Position numbers and translations under genes: made by a program. From positions 1,036,156-1,100,155 of the forward strand of contig CAJFCJ010000013.1 of NCBI GenBank assembly GCA_904063045.1: a DNA stretch of 64,000 nucleotides, written 5' to 3'. Shown piece by piece: positions 24,387 through 37,100 of this stretch. The stretch is from Dimorphilus gyrociliatus (taxonomy: Eukaryota > Animalia > Annelida). Each line of letters starts with the position of its first letter. The first letter of the stretch is position 1. Below the pieces are notes generated by a model, which saw only the letters and a program-made list of their open reading frames with translations, did not search any database and was not told the DNA's origin.

Positions 24387-24619
24387 TTTGTCTCTATTAC
24401 ATTTTCATTAAAATTAGATTAAAAAGTTAAATAATACTTCAAAAGTTATATTACCGCAAAATTCTTTAGTTTCTGATAGAGAAAGTTATGTTTGACGAAT
24501 AGGGAGCTTTGAAAACGAAATTCGTAGAAGAGATTAGTTGATATTTTTGGATATCTTGAAGCATGTGCTGTCGATAATTCTAATAATGTGAAAAATGACA
24601 TTACGACATTCACTTATAT

Positions 24620-24910
24620 AGGGTGATGGAGCCCCACTTTGGGAAGCAATTGGGTACCGTATTCCGTTTCTACCGACTTTTTCCTATTACTCTTTGAGAT
24701 TTAATTTTTCTTTTGCAAATTTGTCTTTCTATTGCCTTAGATATATTTTTAGTATACTTTAATGACAATTTTGAAGCAGAAAAGAAGAAAAAAAGATTGA
24801 TAAAATTTTTAGACGTTGAAAGGACTGGTTCTCGTCCTACTACAAAAGTTGGTTTAATAGGGCAAAATTAACACTTAAAAATAGGCATTTTGGGAAGCTA
24901 ACTGTATGTC
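24620..24910 (+). pseudogene. Two heavily decayed 5S relics (about 24620-24664 and 24812-24910)
   Basis: tttgggaagcaattgggtaccgtattc and gacgttgaaaggactggttctcgtcc resemble 5S 3' and 5' segments. Confidence 0.5.
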
Positions 24911-27900
24911 GCTTGTTATTTTTGAATACTTTGTACATGTTCGAGTCATAAATGCAATTATACTTATTGCAGTTACAAGTATTTGACCGCAGAGCAATAT
25001 GAACTGGTTCCTATCTCACTACCAAATTCGGAAACTGTCAAACATACGTCACAATTCTGAACAAGAGACCAGGAAAACAGTACATTCTTTTAATTCTTTT
25101 GCTACAGTGTTGTCTACTACACCTATAATGGAAAGAAATGAATAGTTTAAGTAAAAGAACATTTGAATGAAAGCGGAAAAAGGGACGCTTTTGAATACAA
25201 TGTCATAACATTACACCTACTATGCCAATTAAAACAATGAAAAGGCTCAGTGCTGAAAATTCCAGACACAGGATCACTACATACCCGAGTTTTTAGTTTC
25301 TGTCCTTTACCATAAAAAGAAATTAGTTATTAATAGCGTTATAATAATGTTCAGCAAATAAAAGTTCTCAACCAATTTAATATCTACCACAAGCTGCTTA
25401 AAGATATATTTTGTTTTGGTATGGTGCGTAATGTTGAAGTGGAATTTTCTAGAAAGTGCGTTTTTTTAGAAGTAATATTTTGGAAGTGATCATTAGAGAT
25501 AAATGTTACTATACTTGAAGTTGGGATTGATCGTAGATGCTAATGTTAAAGCATAATCCTTTCAAAATATCTATACTATTGATTTCTTCGTAGTTTTCTG
25601 ATGAACCCTATTTCCAAAGGAACTAATCTATACAATTTTAAAGTTAATATCACTAATCTTTGTGTTAATCAGATAAGAATCTTATCTTAAATCAATATTT
25701 TATTAAGCTGTTATAGTCTTTAATTCATTAGTTGATGGAACAATAAACTCGAATAACTATTTGAAGACGAAAAAATTTAACGTTTCTGAAATAAAAATTA
25801 GATAAATAGCCATCTCCTGAAACTATTCTGATTCTGGAAGTACATTGCAAAGCTTAAGAACTCTTTCAAAAAATTCTAAGCTTTCCATAACCTTTCTTAA
25901 GGACATTCAGGAGAATATTTTCAGTAGATATTGTACGGGGAACACAATAACGAGAGCAGAAAAGTGAATAAAATACCGATAAAATATTGTTTAAACTTCA
26001 ACTACCATGTAGTATTTAAAATATTATATTAATAGCTTGATAAAGGAATACATAAATAAAAACACCCAATAAAGTAAGAAGACAATAGAGCAATCCAGTT
26101 ATTCCCTCTGTGAGTTTCACATAGATTACCAACTGAAACAGTGTTTTAATGGAGATATATCTTATATCTTACGCTCAAATGTTACTATATGATGCTTCGT
26201 ATTTGAACATTATCTATAATTACTAATACTGTATATACTTTTTACCTCCTACAAAACAATCAATGCAATTATTATAAGAATAAAAGAGATCTTGACTTGT
26301 CATACTGAATTTTGACAGAGTTAACAATATAGAAGGGGAATTCAAATTAACTTTTGAAAAGAGGAGAAAAATACTAAATTCATATCATATATAAACATAT
26401 ACAAAGTATCATTTTTATCAGCAGGAAAAAAAATCTTATTTGTAATAGTTCTTCTTTTATTACTGAAATTACAGAATTGTGAAAAATTAGATTATTCTAT
26501 GTTCGAAAAACAAGTATGACCTTATATCCGTAAGGATATAAATAGGCTGATCAACGAAATATATATATAAAAGAAAAGGGATGCAAGTATGTAATATTCT
26601 GTATTCAACACTTTCGGAAAACGTTGACAGCGACTCTTTGTCAGTTGAACGAAGTATTGAAGCATTAAAAAATTGACATCTGAACTCGTATGAGATTGAG
26701 TTCGTATGAGAGTTGCAGTTTGCAACTAGGAACTTTGCAAGATTTGTAACAAATGAGTTGAAAAATCATCAAATCTAGGCCTAGAACTTTTTATTGAAAC
26801 GAAACGAATTCATTATGGCAAAACAAGCAATATTTTAAAATCTTGTTTTAGGCTTTCTTATTGAAAAAAAAACATTCTTCAGCTCGTAATTGGGCGAGAA
26901 CGTTACTGTTTCACGTGATCCTTTCTTTTCGAATTCTCTAAAATTTTCTGTCTCAAGTAAAATAAATAAACCTTTCATAAAAGAAAATTAATTTAAAGAA
27001 AGGTTAATTTAAAATTATCATCTTACTCGTGCGAAAATGGCTGCCTAGGATAATGTTTTAGCACTTGCATTCTTATAAAATATACTACAAAGCTAGAAAT
27101 AAAACTTATGTTATTAATATATTGTAGTAACGAAATAGAATACTCAGCAATCAACTTATGGACACCTACTAAATTTAACAACTTTATGACCAATAATTTT
27201 AGGGCAGTCGTTTTCTCCTGTAAGTTAGGATTTATTCCAGACGAATCAAAGTGTTACTATGGGGGAGTGGCCGTTCAGCAGTATAGTCTTCGATACAAAG
27301 AAAAGATATGCTTCAAGTGTCAAGCTTGCTGTTAAAGATGGTCTGTCAGGAAAAATACACTTTTGGAGAGTATAAAGATTCCACTTTATAAATTCTTTTT
27401 GTTGGTTATTTTTTGGATTAACGGTTATCGTAACGTTGAGGTGATACGTCTGCAGAAGATTAGCGAGGGAACTATTATAACCTACAAGAAACATTTCGAA
27501 ATAACAAACTATGGGAGCGAAAAAAGTTTGGCTCATTCTTACAATTTCTGCTACAAATACAGAAAATTATGTAATTTGCATGTATTAATATTTTAGCTGT
27601 TCGTCGTGTTCTTTAGGCTTTCCCAGTCAGCATTATATGCTATAGATACTTTGCTCATTTAAACTCAATAAACTCAAGTTTGAAAAACGAATAGTTGTAG
27701 GATAAATTCAGACTAGGAGGAAAAGCGTGGAGTAAGAAAAGAGATTGCCACTCTTCCAAATAGGTGAATGGTTCTGAAGGCTTTTCTTTTAATTCCAATA
27801 GCGAATTGTTTTGTTATACTGCTCTTTCACAGTACACCATCTGGAGAATGTTCTAAATAGTAATCTTTGGTAATATTTTCCGAAGGAATTAAATCTGGTC

Positions 27901-28142
27901 AAAATGTTCCGTTCTTTTTTGAAAGCCCACATAATTTCTATCAACTATAACTATTTATATGAGAATACCTTTTCGATTCCCCTATAAATTATTTACTTCA
28001 ACCGCCTCTCGAAGTATTTACTTCGTTGTCAATGAAAACGGATGTGTTAGTTTACGCATGCGCCAAGACATTTTATTGATAATCAAAAAATTTTTCTATT
28101 TAAATTTAATTTCAGATTTTGATTGATTGTTTGATATAAAAA

Positions 28143-31100
28143 ATGGTTGATCTAGCAAGAGAGAGAGCCGAACTCGCTCTAATAAACGCTGTAAAAACTC
28201 CAGTCATATATGAACGATTCTTAAGAAAACTGCCATATCAATATGTGAAAGATATAGCGATTTCTGTAAGTTTTTTATACTTGAATTATGCATACTTAGC
28301 ATTTTACTTTATTTCATTGTAGATATTAAAAGAAAGCAAGATCAGCAATATTCTGACGGAAGATGACTTGAAATTTAAAATTGACGTAGGTTTATCTATA
28401 GTATTTTTTTTAGATAGCGTAGTGATTATAGTATTATCTATTTTTAGACATTTGAAGAAAAAGTTCAACTTTTACAGAAGATCATTGAAGCAGTTGGTGA
28501 GTTGTTTTTTAATAAAAAAAAAGAAATTGTAAAAAAATTGACTGAAAATTTCATATAATACTAATATATTCAAAGAAGGTAAAGGTATAGTTGATGAGAA
28601 GGATATCATTTCTGGAGTAAATCATCAGCGAACGTTAGATTTTTTACTACTACTGACTGGATTTGCTGTACGGAAGAGGGAAGGAGTCTCTACACGTAAA
28701 TTTAATGCTCTATTATCTATTTACAGTATATTATCTAATTATTTCTTTATTTATTTCTTATTTACAGAAAATTTCAAATCTTTTGTTGATGAAATAGAAG
28801 CAATGGGTTATCAAAGAGCCAGTCAAGTAAAGAAACAAGTACCCAAAACAGTTTTCCTTGGACCAGTGATGAAAAATGAAATATTTGATGCATATAATAT
28901 ATTTCCTCAAAACAGGATGCCTTTACAGAGTATTTTTAATCAAAGTTCAATGGTAAAGAGAACATAGTGAATCATTGACAAATTATACGTTTGCTTTTAT
29001 ACTTTAGAATCCTTTATGGCAAAACAGGGAACCCAATGAAATAAATGAGATATCTATCCTTGATATTAAAGATATAGATTTTTTAAACGACTACTTTTTT
29101 TGCTTAGCCAATGAAGTAGTACCTTCAATTAAAGAATACGAGACAGTAAGTTTTTATACTACTTCGCAATTCATTATTGAAAGCTTTTTTTTTTTAAATA
29201 TAACAGATAACGTGGAAACTTCGTAAAGTTTCGCTCCAAAATTGTCCGAATGTTACTGATTGGTCAGTATTTTGGATTAAAAAAGCAAATAATTCCATTA
29301 GGGTTTGTATACTGAAAATAGAACTAAAATAAAGAGCTAATTAAAATTAAGACAAAGTTTGGTATTTTTTTAGGATTGTAGTTTCAATGAATGCAATTCT
29401 TTGAGCTATTGGACATTTGAAACTTTTGAACAAGCCTCTCAGAGTTCAGTAATTATTGGAAAGTCTAAGAAAGGTGGAAAATCAAAAGTTACTGTTAATA
29501 AAGAACCTCCTGGAGAATGTATTTCCTTAACACGTGACTTTTCTCAAGAAGTTAAAGAAAAATTAAGACCTGTTAATCCCTATTTCAATCCTTATGCATC
29601 CAATGATCTAGATCTAGAAAAAGAATTGAAAACGGAACGCATAAGTTAGATTATTTAATGATAAAAAGTTTCTTTACTGAACTGTTCTTTATTTCAATAG
29701 GTATCAGAAAAGAACCTCAATTTCGTTGTCGGTTTTTAGATGATAAAAAAGCAGTTATAATCCATTTTCAAAGCCTATATAAAGACAATAAAGGATCAAA
29801 TGATAGATTATTCGGAAGAATTAATTTCGAATCTTTAATAGCAAACAAAAAAATACAATATTGTAAAAATGTTTTTAACTATTGGAAAATAAACAACTGG
29901 AAATTTTACGATTGTTATGAGGTATGAATAATTATTATCTTATCTTTATCTTTTATTATAATTTTCATGCCTATCCCCCAAAAAATAGGATTATATACAA
30001 TTTATATCACTCAAACGATCACTTCTCGTCATTCCATTTAATTTAGTATGCGACGAAGAACATCTTTCCCTTTATTTGATAGATATAATTATTGGACTTT
30101 TACAAATGGTAAATCTTTTAATTGCCTATTTTTTTAAAATAATATTGACACTTATTCAATTAACTATTTTAATAGAACCTCAGTCCGGAAGCGCCACCTG
30201 TAATCATTTTTGTAGGATTTGGAACTAAAATTGACGAAATCATAGCTACATATTCTTTAGTTTCTATAATGCAGTCTAAAATAGATGAATTTAAGAATAC
30301 TATTAAAGAAAAGTCAAGGTATTTGAAATGATATTCTCGTAGTATAACAATTAATGCAGAAAATTATTTCCTATTTATTGCAGTATCCAAGAACTTTCAA
30401 CGCTTGAATTCAGCGATCAAAACAATATACATAATTTAATGGCTTTAACTCAATTATTATATGAATTAAAGTCAAATATAGAAATTGATAATTCACTTAT
30501 AACTTTTATTAACCTGGATATAGAGAAAAAAGATCAAGTTAATATACTTCTTCTTTAAATTTCAGCTTGTTAAAAGATCTATTAACAATATCAAATTTCT
30601 CTTATACCAGGATTTAGCTAACTATATGAATGTAGCATTTAAAAGAGTTGTAGATTTAAATCCACAGTTTAAGGTGATTAATTGAGTTTTTGTAGTTTAA
30701 AATTAGAGAATATTGTATTTATATATTTTAACAATTTGCAGTACACAGAAGATACTTTAGATGACTTTATCGCGTCAATTAATAAGAAAGTTAAAAAGAG
30801 AGAGGGTTTTTTAAGTATAACAGAGATTATGGAGGCAAACTCTCGTTCAAGTATGGTCTTTTTTATGTTGTTCCAAATTTTTTATTGTTAAACCTATCCT
30901 CTCTTCAGATCTATTTCATGTCAATAAAGCAGATGAGGAACAACATAAAGTAGTGGAAATATGCTCATTTCCATATTTTAAAGTTTTGGATTTATGTCAT
31001 ATATTAGTGCGTTATTGAATTGTGAAGAGAATGTCAATTTATTCAACTGCTACTTTTCATTCTAGGGTCATATAATATTTTTGAAGAGTTTTTTAGACGA

Positions 31101-34100
31101 ACAATGGTACGTAGCTAGTCCACAATGGTTTGCAAATTATCTACAAAACTTATATTCTATATCGGAAATTTGTGGTGATCATGTAAAAATTGATCAGTTT
31201 TTTCTTCGAAAATCAATGAAAGTGTGTCAGAAAGCGGATTGGTATAGTTCAAAAAATGCTCCAGGAAAGGTTAGTAATGATAATATATAGTTGTTACTTT
31301 GAAAATAAAAACGTATTTTTTAAAAGATATTTAGTTATGTGGAATTTCTTTTCCGGACGGCTGTAGGATTAAAACTGCCAAATTGTGGTTTATTACTTCC
31401 TCTTCAATTGACATCCGCTCCAAAGGAAATGTTCAAGTTGTTAGAGGTATGTAATAAGTCTTTTCATTATTATTTTTAAAAGGATTTTTAGTGTTTATGC
31501 GAAAGTGTTATTGGCCTAAAAATGTAAAGAAATCCATTATGATTAAATTTAGTAACACCCGTTGAAATAGAATCCATTACGGTACTAAATATAGTAATCC
31601 CTAAAATCACGTTAGTGTGGCGAAGTGGTCAAATCACTCCATTCTTTTAAAACCCGCAGACTTATTTAAAAACAAAAAATGTCTAATAAGCGTCGTCGAT
31701 CCTTTTCAATTGAAGAGCGTCATAAAATTATTTCAAGTATTGAGGGAAAAGATAATCATCGAGAGGAAGTTATGGAAATCTTTGAACTATCTAAAAGCAC
31801 TATCTCCGGTATTTGGAGAGATCGACAAAAGATAAGAGAAGCCTTTTATAATGAGAAAATTAACAAAACATCTAGGAAGATTAGAGGAGTTCTTCATGAC
31901 GACGTTGAAAAATGTTTAGTTGCCTTCGTTCAAGATTCCAAAACTTGTCAAATTCCTATAACAGACGAAATGCTGCGTTCGAAGGCGGCAGAATTTTCTC
32001 AAAAGCTAGGTATAACAAACTTTAAGCCTTATAGCGGCTGGGTTGACGGATTTAAAGTTCGAAATCAGCTAAAGAAACCTAAACTTACTAAGCTTGACGA
32101 TAAAGAGGATGAAAACACAGCAAACGCTACAAATTTTCGCGCGCTACCAAAAGCTAACTTGTCTTCCAAAGAAGATAAATACAAAATACTAAGAGCACTT
32201 TTGTCCAGCTAGAACAACTTTCAGCCATCTATAACTGTCCAATTGTTATTGTTTAATTTATTTCATTTATAATACACTATTTATTCCGTTTAATAAAAGA
32301 ATAGAAAATCTGACAAAAAGAATAGAACGTTTCCCTAAAATCGCCTCCATTTTGAATTTTTTTCATAATACTTTTTTTCGTTATAAAGGAAAGAGAAGAT
32401 ATCGTAGAAGGTTCATCAGTCTACACGTTTAAATCAGCATTAAATCATTGGGTTCATTGGCGGATTATTTATCACATTTATTTTCTTTTACACAAAGAAA
32501 ATCATAATACGACAATTGCCGCCGTTTATTACGATTTAATTATTATTCACGATGGACCTGTGGAAGCTTATATTTGTTTTGATGAGAAAGGTAAAGGAAT
32601 TAATTTAAAAGCAACACTATTTTCTATATTGGAAAATCTACTTTTACAGAGTCTAAAACTGTCAAGATATGTTGTAGGACTATCAAAAATCAAAATTCCC
32701 CATCTTTATTAGCAAGTCTTTTAAAGGAAATTTCTACTGCTGTTGAATATTCACTGAAAATGTTCTCTGTTTACTTCTCTGTGAGAATTAACAAAAATAA
32801 CCTATAATTTAAATTATCTTGTCTTCTAAACCAGAATACGTTGATTACTCCTTGGGGACATAAATTTATGATAAGAAAAGATAAGACAAAGTCTAGTTTA
32901 TTTATTGATGAGCATTTGAAGTTTTGTACGTTTTGTCAAATAATTTTTTGATTAACATCTATTAATTGTCGTCTTTTATTACAGTTAATAATTATTGTAT
33001 ATCTTACAATAATATATTACCTTCAACAACTAATCAGAATATAGCTAGCAGGCAACATTTTGTTTGGAAAATGCATAAAGAGTTATGTCCAACTTTCAAA
33101 ACTGAAATTCTGACAGAGAGTGATCAGAGTACAATTCGTTCTGGTGATAGTTTTGATAATTCTACATTATATTGGAAAATGGATGTGATAAATTTCTATT
33201 CAATTACAATTAGTAATTGTTTTGGTATCAAATTTAGAGTGAAGTAAGTGAATATATTCAAATATACTTCTCAGTTCAACTTTTCTTATCCTCTTTCGTT
33301 TCAACAGGTCAGCCGAGTATGTATATAACTAAATACGAAATTCTCCTATTAATTCGTTTTGTTTCATTTCATAAGTACGGGTTTCTCTCTAACTGTTGAT
33401 TCGGTTGAGGGAAAAATTAAAATTCTTATGAATGGGATAACGAAGAAATCGTTCGATTTTAGCCCAAAAGGTTCGACTTTTCTTACATTGAAGTTACTAC
33501 CTATTTTCGAAGGAAATAGTATTTTAGCAATGTATAAGGTTGAATTTTTCGCTAATGATATATTTTCAACAATTTAAAATTATTTATTCCCTTTAGCATT
33601 CTCTAATCACATTGAATTTATTAATGGACAATATCCTATTGGTCAGCCTTACAGTACCAAACAATCAATATAAACTTGAATTTTTAAAGATACCTAATTC
33701 AAAAACAATTGATTTTACATATGCTCCAGTAAAACATATTCAGTGCACTTTTTCGCATATTTCTTAAGATTCTTTTGCAATTTTTTTTATCAGAGAAAAA
33801 AATTTGAATATTCCTACAATTCTATAGCTATTGGTCAAAAACTAGGTATAAAACATAAAGAATGCGTTAATAAGCACTATGGAACTATTGCAACCATTGG
33901 TATGTATGTATTTTTAATTTAAATCTTATTAAACCTTCCACTGTCATAGAAAACATTTTACCTGAAAAGAAATTAATTCTGATAAATGTTGATGGCTCTA
34001 AATATCGGCCGAAATGGAAAAGTTATCGCCAACTCAAAGATGTTTTGGCAATTTATTTAAAACTTAGCGTTAATAGTTATATTTTTGGTTTGATTTCTTT

Positions 34101-37100
34101 TTGTTTTTATCTGAATATTTGAATAAATTTAGGTGTTTTTACAGCAAAGACGTCAAAACGGATAAGATTTCCTGATTATTTAAGCTTTGTCGGGGGTCAA
34201 TCGGTTCCCTACGATTGGATTGAGCATGCATTACGCGTATCAGAAGACGAAATGTGTTCAATTATACCACGAGAAAAAGGAATTCATTTGGCAGATATTG
34301 CTCAATCATCCGGTAGTTCTTGATTTATTTTGCTGTCGTCTTTTTAATTCTTTGTTGAGCAGGTTTCCTGTATAGAGAATGGGCAAAAGTGATTCCCCAA
34401 AGTATCGAAGCGTTTTCAAAACTTGAAGGATTCAACTCACCTAGAGGGATAATTTTTCCGCGAGAGCTTAAAGAAGATTCAGTAATTTACTTGAACGAAC
34501 TCGTTCAGTTTGATAAAATGACTGCCTATATTGTTTGCTTTACATCTGTGCGCCCATCTTTATTTTCTGGAAAATATGATCATATAATAAGAAAGTCTGC
34601 CAAAACTGTTTCAAAAGTTTCTTGTCTTGAGGAAGTTGAAAAATGTATGATTCACATTCTGACACTATGGTTATATTATAAAGACAGCAAGGTAAAAGAG
34701 TAAAATAAAATGCGTTTATAAGTACTACTGATCATATCATTTAGGCTACAGAAGATATCGAATCAAGCCAGCTTGGGTTCTACCTTTCACTGTTGCTAAA
34801 TAAACATGATATAAATAATGTTATAAATCATTTTAAAAGTGACAAGCAAGAAGCTAAGACCGCAAAAGCTGGTGGTGGTGAATCTCAGGAAGAGTTCCTC
34901 TACAAAATAACAACACCCCTGCAAAAAGTAAAAAATAAATATAAACTTTTCTCCAAGAATTATGCATAAAATTTCTTCTATAGGTTTTTAAAGATGTTTT
35001 TACTACCGAAAAGACGTTAGGCGTAATGAATAATCCAAGTACTGGAATTTTTGAATGCTCCTTTCACGTCGATGATGGAAATAATTTCGAAGTTAAAAAT
35101 GAAGAACACATACAAGCAATATCTAATGATATCATATATTACATATCAAATTATAATCAAACAGCAACAATCTGCAATTAGTAATTTTCTCAATAATTAA
35201 ATAGAATATATCGTTTTCATCAAATTTTTTTTTTCAGTTTCAAATATTTAAATGAATACACTATCCCTGACGGCGATGGAAATGAAGAAAATTCTTATGA
35301 AAAATTAGGGAACCTCTTCAGGCTATCTCTTATAGATATAAAAAATGCCAAATCGTCTGTCATTCTTACATATTTGGATAGAATATCAACTACAGTCAGA
35401 TATTTACACATATCAAATGGTCCAATAAAAACAATTCCTCATACAATTGGAACATGTACACTATTAACAGAACTAGATCTTTCGAATCTTGCAATAACCG
35501 ACTTACCAATGGAAATGTCTAATTTATTGCAGCTTCGTGATCTAACTATTACTGGAAATGTGTTTAGTAATTTTCCAAAAGTTATCAAAGAACTTCCTAG
35601 CCTAGTCGTTTTGAGATTTAGCGCAATGAATTTTAAACCGTTTGACTTAAAGATAACAGAAAATGCGATAGTTACGTTTGACGAATTGTTAGATTTATAT
35701 CATAAGGAGTATTCTCATTTAATTTCCATTGGACTAGACGAAGAAAACATGGTCAATCTTTTTCAACAGGCTGATATAAACAAAAATAAAATGCTAAGCG
35801 ATTCCAGTGAAAAGCAAGAATTTCATGCAGGTCTATTTAAGAAATTACCTAGACTATCCTCTTGGAATATCTTGAAAAGTATTCATAAACAAGCATATAA
35901 TACTATATCCTTCCTAGAGTTAAGATTTCAAGGTTTTCGTGTTCTGGATGATGGTATTCAATACTTGGTAAACTTAGAGTGGTTGGATATATCTCATAAT
36001 TTAATGCTAGAGGAGATAAGCAGTAAAATCTCAGATCTTCCTTTATCTTTTTTAGCCATTGACGCTTGTCCATCTTTGAAAACACCTCCAAAAGAGATAA
36101 TTGACAAGGGTCTAACAGCCATCATGAGCTATATGAGGGCATTAAATAGAGGCTCTGTATCATGTAGAAGAACAAAATTAATGCTAGTGGGTCTTGGAGG
36201 TGCTGGAAAAACAAGCTTAGTGTCTGGACTAACAGAGAGTAATCAACAGGAAAGTGAGAAATTAGTTAAAAGTGCACAAGTTACAGATGGAATTTCGATT
36301 AAGAAATGGGTTATTCAGTCCATAGAGTATTCAATATGGGATTTTGCCGGACAAACAGTTTATTACAATACTCATCAGTTCTTCTTATCAAATAGAGCCG
36401 TTTATTTTTTAGTCTGGAATGTAAGATTAGGACACGAGCATGCTGGTCTGAAATTCTGGCTAAGCTCTATAGAATGTCATGCTCCTAAAGCTCCAATTTT
36501 CATTGTAGGAACTCATATTGATCAGGTATAACTGAATAAGTATATTAGTTAGCCTTTTTTACAGCATTATCAAAATTTAACATAGGTTGAAAAATCGGAA
36601 CTACCTGCTTTGGAATACCAAGAGCGATATTCGCAAATTAAAGGATTTTACTACGTCTCTTCTTTAAGTCGCAAGGTATGTTAAGAATAATGGATCAATA
36701 AATAATTTAGAATTTTTTGTATAAATAAATTTATAGGGTATAAATGAATTAATCAATGGTTTGGTGGAGATAACTTTGAACGAAAAATATATGAATGAGA
36801 AAATACCAATGATCTGGCTAGATTTCGAAAAACAAATGTTCGAGTAAGTAAATATATAAATATCGTATATTCTTATATTCTTAGAAAATGAAAATTGCGT
36901 ATGTTTACATTCTTGAAGTTGTCAAGAAACTCTGATAAAAAATTGTTCCTTTCTGGTTTACAGATAAATATATAACTTGTTTTTTATAATAGAGCCGGCA
37001 GCAATTCTAATCTAATTTCAATAGAAGACGCCTTGAAACTTGCTGAAAGTAGTGGTATATTTAATAAGGCCGAGGTTATTATTTATAGCTATGTTTACTG

